From Polyangiaceae bacterium (GTDB lineage: Bacteria > Myxococcota_A > Polyangia > Polyangiales > Polyangiaceae): a DNA stretch of 64,000 nucleotides. A program made the translations under genes and the position numbers. Position 1 is the stretch's first letter. Each line of letters begins with the position of its first letter. Positions 37,784-46,673 of this stretch are shown piece by piece. The notes beneath the pieces were generated by a model that saw nothing but the letters and a program-made list of their open reading frames with translations, was not told the origin of the DNA and ran no database searches. The DNA lies in NCBI GenBank assembly GCA_044376115.1, contig JBILLK010000001.1, positions 451,873 to 515,872 of the forward strand, read 5' to 3'.

Positions 37784-38075
37784 TCGCAGCCTCCCAGATT
37801 GTCCTGGTTTCAAGAAAGGTCGGACACGAGGTGCCCGACACGCTGGCCCCTGGAACGCCCAATAGCGCCCCAACTGCCCCCGCTAGTGCGGACAAGGCTA
37901 CAACTCGTGAGCAGGGCTTCCGGTTGCATTTCGGTGACTTTAGGGAGCTTTTGGGACCGATGCTGGCGCATTGACGGGGATCCGGCGGATCAATGTCAGC
38001 TGAACAGTATCGAGTCGGCTCGCAACGTAGGCGGGTGAACAACACGAGCGTGTTTCGTGTTACCTGCGAGGCAGA

Positions 38076-39074
38076 ATGAAGCGTGCGCTAGTTACCGGCA
38101 TCACCGGCCAAGATGGGTCTTACCTAGCTGAACTGCTCTTGAGCAAAGGCTACGAGGTTCACGGCGTGGTACGTCGTGCGAGCACGTTCAACACCGAGCG
38201 CATCGATCATCTCTACGTGGACCCCCACGAGGGCAATGCCAAGCTGTTCTTGCATTACGGAGATCTGAATGACGCTTCTTCCCTTCAAACGATCATTCGG
38301 GACGTAGCGCCAGACGAGGTGTACAACCTGGCGGCACAGAGTCACGTCCGTGTGTCATTCGACATTCCGGAGTACACGGGAGAGGTCACCGGCCTCGGGA
38401 CTGTTCGCATTCTCGAGGCAATCCGCAAGCTTGGCATTCAGTGCCGCTTCTATCAGGCCTCTTCGAGCGAGCTTTACGGGAAGGTCGTTGAGACCCCTCA
38501 GCGGGAGACCACGCCCTTTCACCCGCGAAGCCCCTACGCGGTGGCCAAGGCCTACTCCTTCTACATGACGCAAAACTACCGTGAGGCTTACGGGATTTTC
38601 GCTACCAACGGCATCCTGTTCAATCACGAGAGCGAGCGCCGCGGCGAGACCTTCGTCACGCGAAAGATCACTCGGGCGGTAGGCCGCATCAAGCACGGGG
38701 CCCAGAGCGAGCTGTACCTCGGTAACCTCGACGCCAAGCGTGACTGGGGTCACGCCAAAGACTACGTGGAAGCAATGTGGCTCATGCTGCAGCATGAGGT
38801 CCCCGACGACTTCGTCATTGGCACCGGCGAGACGTACAGCGTCCGCGAGTTTGCCGAACGCGCCTTCGCGCATGTTGGTCTCGACGCGAAGGACTTCATC
38901 AAGATTGACCCTCGCTACTTCAGACCTTCGGAGGTCGATCTGTTGCTAGCTGACCCCTCGAAGGCCAAGCAGGTTCTCGGTTGGAAGCCAAAGGTGAGCT
39001 TCCCCGAGCTCGTCCAACGTATGGTCGACCATGACGTCGAGCTAGCCGCACGAGAGATCCGCGCACGCGGCTGA
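38076..39074 (+). CDS. gmd: GDP-mannose 4,6-dehydratase
   Basis: [59 protein letters not shown]. Confidence 0.97.
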   Translation: MKRALVTGITGQDGSYLAELLLSKGYEVHGVVRRASTFNTERIDHLYVDPHEGNAKLFLHYGDLNDASSLQTIIRDVAPDEVYNLAAQSHVRVSFDIPEYTGEVTGLGTVRILEAIRKLGIQCRFYQASSSELYGKVVETPQRETTPFHPRSPYAVAKAYSFYMTQNYREAYGIFATNGILFNHESERRGETFVTRKITRAVGRIKHGAQSELYLGNLDAKRDWGHAKDYVEAMWLMLQHEVPDDFVIGTGETYSVREFAERAFAHVGLDAKDFIKIDPRYFRPSEVDLLLADPSKAKQVLGWKPKVSFPELVQRMVDHDVELAAREIRARG

Positions 39075-39123
39075 TCCGCTTCGCAGCGCTCGCCGATTCG
39101 GCACCGTCTGCTACGTTCGTGCG

Positions 39124-40407
39124 GTGGCTCGCGAGCAGAACGGCATCACCTTTAGGCGCCAGCGTCGCGCGATCACGGCCGTGGCACGCTTCATCGCGGG
39201 AATCGCCGGCTCGGTGCTGTGCGGCAGTTTCGTCCTCTCGGTCCTGCGAGACCCCGCCGACATTGCCCGGGTAGCGTGGACCGAGGGCGCCGATCTGCTC
39301 GGCGCTTACGGTGGAGCGGGCCTGATCATGCTGCCGTTCATTGGGGTATTTACTGCCTACCTGCGGCGTGGGCGACGGGAGCTAGTGACGGAGCTTCAAG
39401 CTACGCCAATGGGCCTAACCGTTCGGCTCGCAAGCGGACGCACCCAAGAGATTCCACGAACAGAAATCAGCGGTGGCCACCAAGAGCACCTCGAAAAACA
39501 CCGGCGTCGAGTCACCTTTACGCTCAATCGGGGCCTCGATACGGGTGACCAGATCGAGCTCGAAGGTCCAGAGGTGGACCTGCTGCCGTTGAGCAGTACG
39601 TTGGATGCAGTCCCTACAGAGATTTCGCTTTCGCGCAGCGGCTTAGGCATCGGTGCCGCTATCGCCTTGGTGTCGGCTACTTTGGGCGGCTACTTATCCA
39701 GCTTTGCCTTCTCGCTCGTTGAGGCGCGGGCCATCAGTATTCGAGTAGCAGACGCACAGACCGCGGACGCTTGGTCGCTTGCGTTGTTCGTAGCTTGCAG
39801 CAGCCTGGTTGCACTGAGCCTCAGCTTACTCACCTCCGCACGCAAGCTCCGTATCGGATTGGACGGCGTCGTGGTGGATACCCCGGTAAGGGAGCACTTC
39901 ATCCCTGCAGCCGAACTTCGAGCGACCACCTTCTCTTCGTTGGGTCTGCGAATCGGACGCAAGCAAGGGCTGTCGTTCATCGTCCCCGCTCCAGGCTGCA
40001 GTCTTGAGACGCTCGCTGCCGCCGCACAGAGCGTGGAGCAACTGCGTAAAGAAGCAACCTTGCGCACCGAAGGCCCGCAGCTGAATTCGCTCGTCGGGCG
40101 CTGGCGGGAAGCGCTGTACTCAGGAGCCTTGGGCCCCAAAGGTTATCGGGAACGTGCGCTGCAAACGAGTGACCTTTCGGTTGCAATGCGGGAGCCGAGC
40201 CTCTCGCTAGACGCGAAGCTCAACTCGGCCCGCTTGATGCTGGCGACAGAAGGAGAGCCCGCGCGCATTGAGATCCGGCGCCTAGCCGCCAAGATGGTGC
40301 TCTCGCAGAACCGCGACTTGCTGCTCGAAGTGGCCTGCGAAGAGGCCATCGAAGACGATGGCCCAGAGACACAAGATAACTATCTAGAGAATCAGAGGCA
40401 GTTGTAA
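39124..40407 (+). CDS. Hypothetical membrane protein
   Basis: Two TM pairs, each followed by a small PH-like beta region; overlaps the convergent protease stop. Confidence 0.65.
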   Translation: MAREQNGITFRRQRRAITAVARFIAGIAGSVLCGSFVLSVLRDPADIARVAWTEGADLLGAYGGAGLIMLPFIGVFTAYLRRGRRELVTELQATPMGLTVRLASGRTQEIPRTEISGGHQEHLEKHRRRVTFTLNRGLDTGDQIELEGPEVDLLPLSSTLDAVPTEISLSRSGLGIGAAIALVSATLGGYLSSFAFSLVEARAISIRVADAQTADAWSLALFVACSSLVALSLSLLTSARKLRIGLDGVVVDTPVREHFIPAAELRATTFSSLGLRIGRKQGLSFIVPAPGCSLETLAAAAQSVEQLRKEATLRTEGPQLNSLVGRWREALYSGALGPKGYRERALQTSDLSVAMREPSLSLDAKLNSARLMLATEGEPARIEIRRLAAKMVLSQNRDLLLEVACEEAIEDDGPETQDNYLENQRQL

Positions 40408-41306
40408 TAGGATGCTGCTGAGTCGAAGCCGCAGGTCTTGTTGCTCGAAGTGCAATTGATCTGCTTCTTCTGACCGGCCTCACACCACTCCACCGTATTA
40501 CCGCTGCATTGACCCGCGTAGGTCAATCCGCCACAAGGGTCGGTGGGCGGGGCCGGCGCTACACCCGACTCGTCAATCTTGGTCTTCAGCCAGCTCGATA
40601 CGAGATCGACCCGAGCGAGGACCTGGATGCCACCTCCTGCCCCTGAGTTGACAGCGACGATCTTGTGGGTGCCGGGGACAACCACCGGGCCGCCGGAATC
40701 TCCGCTTTGGATGGTCTCGTTCGTTGCGTAGTCGAAGGGGTAACCGTAGGTCGAGCCCTTTTTGGTGACCACCGGCGGGCCAATGAACAACTTGGTGTAC
40801 GAGGCAACGCCGTTGTTGATGCGCCCGATGTTCTGCACCTTGCTGCCGATCGTAACGCTGGTGGTTGCGATGGTTGGATAGCTTGTCAGCTGAATGGCCT
40901 TGTCGAGGAAGATCACACCAACGTCGTGCTGGTTGGGGTCCACCGATTCACTGTCGTTATTCCAATCGAGGACCTCGCCACGAATGCCTTTAGCGGTTTG
41001 GTTGTTGGCGAACGGTACTTTGATATTCCAACCATCAAAGCCATGCACGCAGTGACCAGCCGTAAGCACCAGCTTCGGCGCGACCACAGCGCCCGAACAA
41101 ATGGAGCTGACGACACCGCCTTCTTTCATCTCAATGAGCGTCGCCTCAGGGTAAGCGGTGGCTTGAGTCCCGCCGATAATCGCATCTTCACGTTGCTCTT
41201 CGAGCTCGGCCTCTTCCTCCTCAATCTCAGCGCCGGGTGGTGCGCAGGCGACGATCAGGCTTGAAGCGAAAACGGTCAGGGCGAGCGACGAAAAGGCTAA
41301 ACGCAT
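40392..41306 (-). CDS. Trypsin-like (S1) serine protease lipoprotein with C-terminal Cys-rich module
   Basis: LIVAC lipobox, acidic propeptide, IIGG, LTAGHC, HDVGV, GDSGGP; AGGAG RBS. Confidence 0.92.
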   Translation of the reverse strand: MRLAFSSLALTVFASSLIVACAPPGAEIEEEEAELEEQREDAIIGGTQATAYPEATLIEMKEGGVVSSICSGAVVAPKLVLTAGHCVHGFDGWNIKVPFANNQTAKGIRGEVLDWNNDSESVDPNQHDVGVIFLDKAIQLTSYPTIATTSVTIGSKVQNIGRINNGVASYTKLFIGPPVVTKKGSTYGYPFDYATNETIQSGDSGGPVVVPGTHKIVAVNSGAGGGIQVLARVDLVSSWLKTKIDESGVAPAPPTDPCGGLTYAGQCSGNTVEWCEAGQKKQINCTSSNKTCGFDSAASYYNCL

Positions 41307-41337
41307 GCGTGACTCCTTGGACTGTGTTCGCCCTTAC

Positions 41338-41352
41338 GCATGTGGCATGCCA
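41338..41352 (-). promoter_or_regulatory. sigma54 -24/-12 promoter of the protease
   Basis: TGGCATGCCACATGC (GG-N10-GC) upstream of the RBS and ATG41306. Confidence 0.55.
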
Positions 41353-41730
41353 TTAATCGCAATCGCGGTCGCCGATCTGCGCGCTTAGGGGGAACGGTTG
41401 GGCAACGTGGGAGGTCTTTCCACTCTGCTCGAAAGCGTCCAGCGACGTGGGATCGTTTGGCCTCATCGGCATACGAAGACCGTCATCCTGCGTGTCTATC
41501 GCCCTGGTTGAAGGCACGATCCACCTGAGTCTCACTTCGTTCTGACGAAAGGGAGCTTCAAGCAGCACGCTTCGGCTGATCTGGGCGACGGAACGCACAG
41601 TGGGACAACTTGCCGACGATCGCGCGAGACGTGCTTGGCGCGGGCACAGTGAGGTCGCTATCGCACATTGTTGGGGCCGACTCGCTTCGGCACAGTCATT
41701 CAGGTCCACTAGCTGCTAGGCTGGATTCGT

Positions 41731-43914
41731 TTGACAGCACCCCGCTCCACCGACACCCGCGCACTTCTCGGGCCTGGCATTGCTCTGGGCTCCGGCTTGA
41801 TCGCGACCGTGGGCTTCTTTGCACTCAAAGGCCCTGCGCCCGAGGCGGGAGAGCTTCTTCGCTTCGTGGGGCGATTTCACACGTTGCTGATTCACCTTCC
41901 GATCGGCGTGCTTTTGCTCGTCGCAAGCGCCGAGCCGTTCACGTTGTTCCGAGCGATTCGGGAGCGCTTGGATCCCATGTGGGGATTGCTGCTTCCCTTC
42001 CTATCGGTGACGGCGTGCGTTGGCTTCACCCTCGGATTGGTACTGGCGTACCCCGGCGGCTTTCCTCCCAACCTGCTTGAGGCGCACAAGAACGGCACAT
42101 TCGTAGGCGTGCTCGGCTGTGCCTTGCTACCGCTGGCCTGGTTGTTCGTTGAGCGCGGTGTTGCCCACATGCGACACGTTTACCGTGGGCTTCTGCTCGC
42201 GACGGTCACTGCCATTAGCCTTGGCGCGCATCACGGTGGCAGTATGACGCGCGGTGAGGATTACCTAGTAAAATACGCCCCTCGCTTCGCGCAAAAGTGG
42301 CTGGGTTACGAGCCGAAGGTCGCCAGTGAAGAGGCCGTTGAGGCGGTTAGCGAGCCGCTTCTATATGACCATGTGGTGCTACCGATCCTCAAAGCCAAGT
42401 GCGTAAAGTGCCATGGTGAGGAGACGCAAAAGGGCACATTGAGGGTGGATACGCTCGAGCGACTGCTCGCGGGCGGGGACACAGGGCCAGCCGTCATTGG
42501 AGGGCGCGGTGATACCTCCTTGCTTGTGACTCGTATGCGTCTACCGCGCAATCACGATGAACGCATGCCGCCTGCCGATGAGCCGGACGTCAGCGAGGCT
42601 GAGATTAGTCTCGTGGCGTTCTGGATCGATCGCGGGGCGAATGCGACGTTGCGCGTGCGCGACTCTCTGCCGCCCGACTCGGTGCGCGAGCTGTTGTGGA
42701 ACACAGTGAGTGACCAAACTCCTGGTGCAACCACGCCCACGGCGCACTCGGCTACCTCAACCCCAACGACGCCAGCCGCGACCTCGGGAGAACCTGCTGT
42801 CGTTCAACCTTCGGGCGAAGGGGGCTACGTCTATCAAGACCATGTTGCACCTGTTTTGCGTGCAAACTGTGTGAGTTGCCACGGGGAGAACAAGCAGAAG
42901 GGCAAGCTGCGCGTGGATAGCTTGGAGGCACTACTGGCTGGCGGAAAGGGTGGTCCGGCGGTGATTGCTGGGATGGCCGACGCAAGTCCCTTGCTTCAGA
43001 CAATGCGGCTACCGCTTGATCATCCCGATCACATGCCGCCTCGCAAAGAAGCTCAACCAACGAGCCGAGATGTCGAGCTAATCGCCTATTGGGTGGGCGC
43101 CGGGGCCTCACCAAGCCAGCCCGCCAAAGAGCTGCCGGCCAAGCTACGTGGCGCAACGAGCGCGCCGTCGGGACCGACACCAATTGCTCCGCGTACTACG
43201 CCGCCTACGCCCAAACCCTCGGCGAGCGCAACCGTCGCACCAAGCCCGTGGGCACCCACCGAACTCGATCCCGAGCCGGCCTTGGAACGCGTCCCGGCCA
43301 ACGTGGAGCTGTTCGAGCAGGTTATTGAGCCGATGTTGGTCAAGCGCTGTGGGCTCTGTCACGAAGGTGCCTCAGGCTCCGGTGGGCTGCTGGTTTCGCC
43401 TTTGGCAGAGCTGCGCAAAGGTGGTGATTCGGGGCCGGCCGTCGCGCCTGGTCAAGCGGACCAGAGCTTGCTCGTCGCACGCGTCGTGCTCCCGCTCGAC
43501 AGCGACGAGCACATGCCGCCGAAGGATTTGGCGCAACTGACGGTGGGTGAATTCACGTTGTTACGAACGTGGATCACGCGCGGAGCTAAACAGCACGACA
43601 TCGCGGCTCGCGATGAGTTACCGCGTGCAACGCACGCCAGCGTGATCGCCTTCGCTGGTGAGGCGCCATCAACGCCAGCCGTCGCCTCTGCGCAGCCGAG
43701 CGCATCGCCGAAGCCGAGCTCCAGTGCGGCGACCATTTCGTCGAGCACGCCGAGTCCGATCATGCAGCCTCCAGGTGGTGGCTGCGCCGGATGCGTTGTT
43801 GCAGGGTCGAGCGGCCGCGAACTCGGGCTCGGTTTCGCTTGGGCATTCATCGGATTGGGGGCCCTACGGCGAAGACACCGCTCGATGGTTGCGTCCCAAA
43901 AGCGACGCGGGTAA
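41731..43914 (+). CDS. Membrane (DUF2231-like) protein with three planctomycete-type cytochrome c domains and a MYXO-CTERM-like tail
   Basis: GRFH..LIHLPIG and HHGG.MTRG membrane region; CVKCH, CVSCH and CGLCH, each followed by G..GPAV and MPP; C-terminal GGGCAGC-TM-RRRHR. Confidence 0.85.
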   Translation: MTAPRSTDTRALLGPGIALGSGLIATVGFFALKGPAPEAGELLRFVGRFHTLLIHLPIGVLLLVASAEPFTLFRAIRERLDPMWGLLLPFLSVTACVGFTLGLVLAYPGGFPPNLLEAHKNGTFVGVLGCALLPLAWLFVERGVAHMRHVYRGLLLATVTAISLGAHHGGSMTRGEDYLVKYAPRFAQKWLGYEPKVASEEAVEAVSEPLLYDHVVLPILKAKCVKCHGEETQKGTLRVDTLERLLAGGDTGPAVIGGRGDTSLLVTRMRLPRNHDERMPPADEPDVSEAEISLVAFWIDRGANATLRVRDSLPPDSVRELLWNTVSDQTPGATTPTAHSATSTPTTPAATSGEPAVVQPSGEGGYVYQDHVAPVLRANCVSCHGENKQKGKLRVDSLEALLAGGKGGPAVIAGMADASPLLQTMRLPLDHPDHMPPRKEAQPTSRDVELIAYWVGAGASPSQPAKELPAKLRGATSAPSGPTPIAPRTTPPTPKPSASATVAPSPWAPTELDPEPALERVPANVELFEQVIEPMLVKRCGLCHEGASGSGGLLVSPLAELRKGGDSGPAVAPGQADQSLLVARVVLPLDSDEHMPPKDLAQLTVGEFTLLRTWITRGAKQHDIAARDELPRATHASVIAFAGEAPSTPAVASAQPSASPKPSSSAATISSSTPSPIMQPPGGGCAGCVVAGSSGRELGLGFAWAFIGLGALRRRHRSMVASQKRRG

Positions 43915-43940
43915 CGAATAGGCCCCAATCGGAGAGTTGT

Positions 43941-44693
43941 ATGAGCGGCCATTCAAAGTGGGCGACGATCAAGCATAAGAAGGCCCTTGTCGATTCCAAG
44001 CGCGGCAAGATGTTCACCAAGCTCATCAAAGAGCTGACCGTGGCTGCGCGCATGGGAGGCGGAGACCCGAGCGGCAATCCGCGGCTTCGCAAGGCGATTG
44101 ATGACGCCAAGGGTCAGTCGATGCCGATGGACACCATCAAGCGCGCGGTTCAGCGTGGCACCGGCGAGATCGAAGGCGCCAACTACGAGGAGATCATCTA
44201 CGAGGGAACCGGCCCTGGCGGGACGCTCTTCATGCTCGAGGCGATGACCGACAATCGCAACCGCACCGTCGCCGAGATCCGAAAGATCTTTGAGAAGAAC
44301 GGGGGTGCGCTCGGTTCCAACGGGACGGCCGGTTGGGCGTTCGATCGCAAAGGTATCGTGATGGTTGAGAAGGCCAACGCGACCGAAGACCAACTGATGG
44401 ATACGGCAGTCGCCGCAGGGGCTGACGATTACTCCGATAACGGGGATGAATGGCAACTGCTCTGTGATCCTTCCTCCCTCGAGGCCGTCTTGAAGTCACT
44501 GGCGGACGGCAAGATCGCGACCAAGTCCTCGTCCGTTGGCTACGTACCCAAGGCCAAACGCTCTGTCAGCGGCCGCGACGCCGAGCTGTGTCTGAACCTG
44601 GCAGACGCGCTCGACGACCATGACGACGGCCAAAATGTGTACGCCGACTTCGACGTCTCTGACGAAGAACTCGAGCGCATCGCTGGCGCGTGA
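43941..44693 (+). CDS. YebC/PmpR-family protein
   Basis: MSGHSKWATIKHKK, YEG.GPGG, TDNRNRT, DDHDD.QNVY. Confidence 0.95.
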   Translation: MSGHSKWATIKHKKALVDSKRGKMFTKLIKELTVAARMGGGDPSGNPRLRKAIDDAKGQSMPMDTIKRAVQRGTGEIEGANYEEIIYEGTGPGGTLFMLEAMTDNRNRTVAEIRKIFEKNGGALGSNGTAGWAFDRKGIVMVEKANATEDQLMDTAVAAGADDYSDNGDEWQLLCDPSSLEAVLKSLADGKIATKSSSVGYVPKAKRSVSGRDAELCLNLADALDDHDDGQNVYADFDVSDEELERIAGA

Positions 44694-44700
44694 CGCGAAC

Positions 44701-45507
44701 ATGACCTCCTCCTTCGCTACGAAGGTGGACGTGCACCAGAACGGGACCCTCGTCGTACGCGACGATTGGGTCGCCCCTGAAGAGCCGCTGGAGATCCAAA
44801 TCCACGGCTCCCCGCTAGCAGTGTTGATGCGAACGCCCGGAAACGACCTCGAGCTCGTTTCCGGGTTTCTTTTGAGCGAGCGCATCGTGGAGTCGTTCGA
44901 GATGGTCGAGTCGATCCGTCACTGCACTGCGGTGACGTCGCCCGAGTCGGAGGACAACGTCGTTCGAGTCGTGCTCAAGCCGGAGTGGAGAGCGAGTCAC
45001 TCGGTTGTGCCGCGCAATTTCTACGCGAGCTCGAGCTGCGGAGTATGCGGAAAGGCCACCATCGAAGAGGCGTTGCGCACCACGAAGCTCGTAACCTCGT
45101 CCTTTGAGGTCGCAAGCTCAGTGCTGCAACAATTGCCGGCGCGGCTGCGCCAACGCCAGCCAATGTTCACCGAGACGGGTGGGCTACACGCCTGTGGCTT
45201 GTTCGATGCCGAGGGCACAGAGTTCGCTGCGTACGAAGACGTTGGCCGGCACAACGCTGTTGATAAAGTCCTCGGTTGTGCGGCACGCCGACGGCTGAAC
45301 TTTAGCGACAAGTTATTGATCGTGTCTGGGCGAGTGAGCTTCGAGATCGTGCAGAAGGCCTCTGCTGTCGGGATTTCGCTGGTTGCCGGCATTTCAGCGC
45401 CGAGCTCGCTCGCGATACGATTCGGTGAAGCACTGGGCGTTACTGTGGTTGGCTTTCTGCGTGGTAGTTCAACGAATGTGTACTCGCGGAAGCATCGGGT
45501 GCGCTGA
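44701..45507 (+). CDS. fdhD: Formate dehydrogenase accessory sulfurtransferase
   Basis: EEPLEI, MRTPG, SSCGVCG, TGGLH, EDVGRHNAVDK, SGRVSFEIVQKA. Confidence 0.95.
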   Translation: MTSSFATKVDVHQNGTLVVRDDWVAPEEPLEIQIHGSPLAVLMRTPGNDLELVSGFLLSERIVESFEMVESIRHCTAVTSPESEDNVVRVVLKPEWRASHSVVPRNFYASSSCGVCGKATIEEALRTTKLVTSSFEVASSVLQQLPARLRQRQPMFTETGGLHACGLFDAEGTEFAAYEDVGRHNAVDKVLGCAARRRLNFSDKLLIVSGRVSFEIVQKASAVGISLVAGISAPSSLAIRFGEALGVTVVGFLRGSSTNVYSRKHRVR

Positions 45508-45524
45508 GCGTGTAGACTCCGGAA

Positions 45525-46673
45525 GTGCATCACGAGCACCTCGACTCCTTCCGCGAATCTCACGGTAGCTCGGCCTCGGTCGAAGCGAGTGAGCGACGCA
45601 CGTGGATCGTGGTCGGTATCAGCGCCGTGATGATGGTGCTCGAGCTGGTCGTTGGTTTTGCTACAGGGTCGCTGGCGCTGTTCGCCGATGGCGTTCATAT
45701 GGCGACGCACGTGGGGGCGCTGGGCATCTCTGGAGTCGCCTATTGGCTGGCCCGAAGGTGGGCAACGCACGAGGCCTTCACCTTCGGTACCGGAAAAGTC
45801 TACGCGCTATCCGGCTTCACGAGCGCCATCATTCTGTTTGGCACCGCCGTTTGGATGGTCGTGGAGTCGGTGTTGCGGCTTTGGCATCCCCACCCAATTT
45901 CGTTTGGGGAAGCGTTGCCGGTGGCTGTGATTGGCTTGGTGGTCAATCTCGTATGCGCGCTCGTTCTCGGTCACCACGACCATGGGCACGATCACGGTCA
46001 TGGGCACGATCATGCCCATGGCCACCGACATACATCGCCAGCGGCAGCTCACGGGCATGACCACGCTGAGCACGACCACGCTGGCCACAGCCATCACGAC
46101 CACGCTGGCCACAGCCATCACGACCACGCTGGCCACAGCCATCACGGCCACGCTGACCACAGCCATCACGGTCACGCTGACCACCATGCCGACAAGACGC
46201 CTGCGGAGGATCACAACCTTCGCGCGGCTCGTCTGCATGTGATTGCAGACGCGCTTACCAGCGTATTTGCCATCGTAGCGTTGGTCGCTGGCCGCTACTT
46301 CGGTATTGCCCTGCTCGATCCATTGGTGGGTATTCTCGGCGGCGTGCTCGTTGGCCGCTGGGCCGTTGGGCTATGCGGAAGCGCTGCCAAGCAGCTGCTC
46401 GACGTTGTGCCTTCACTGGCTGCGACGGAGGTCCTACGAAAGCGTCTCGAGTCGATCGATGACGTAGCGGTGGCGGACCTTCATCTCTGGGAGTTCGGCC
46501 CGGGGCAGCTTGGTTGCATCGTGAAGCTGGTCAGCGCCAAGCCACGTGAGGCCTCGTTTTATCGCGATGTCGTGCACGAGTGCATGAAGGTCCAACACCT
46601 CACGGTGGAAGTTCAACGCTGCCACGAGCATCACGAACCAGCCAGCGCGGTTGCTGAAGCCGCCTCAACGTGA
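45525..46673 (+). CDS. CDF-family metal efflux transporter (DmeF-like) with very long His-rich loop
   Basis: SLALFADGVHM.TH, FTFGTGKV, DHNLRAARLHVIADALTS, DLHLW. Confidence 0.92.
   Translation: MHHEHLDSFRESHGSSASVEASERRTWIVVGISAVMMVLELVVGFATGSLALFADGVHMATHVGALGISGVAYWLARRWATHEAFTFGTGKVYALSGFTSAIILFGTAVWMVVESVLRLWHPHPISFGEALPVAVIGLVVNLVCALVLGHHDHGHDHGHGHDHAHGHRHTSPAAAHGHDHAEHDHAGHSHHDHAGHSHHDHAGHSHHGHADHSHHGHADHHADKTPAEDHNLRAARLHVIADALTSVFAIVALVAGRYFGIALLDPLVGILGGVLVGRWAVGLCGSAAKQLLDVVPSLAATEVLRKRLESIDDVAVADLHLWEFGPGQLGCIVKLVSAKPREASFYRDVVHECMKVQHLTVEVQRCHEHHEPASAVAEAAST
46074..46187 (+). repeat. 24-bp tandem repeat (3 exact plus 2 degenerate copies) encoding DHAGHSHH
   Basis: GACCACGCTGGCCACAGCCATCAC in tandem. 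Confidence 0.9.

Noticed and set aside
37861..37950. CTGCCCCCGC segment resembling a cobalamin riboswitch core
   Set aside because: The other conserved elements (AGGGAA, GCAACTGT, AGCCAG B12 box) are missing or out of order; an Infernal scan with RF00174 would settle it.
46074..46187. Repeat array as a possible CRISPR or ncRNA
   Set aside because: No spacers; it encodes the His-rich loop of the CDF transporter.
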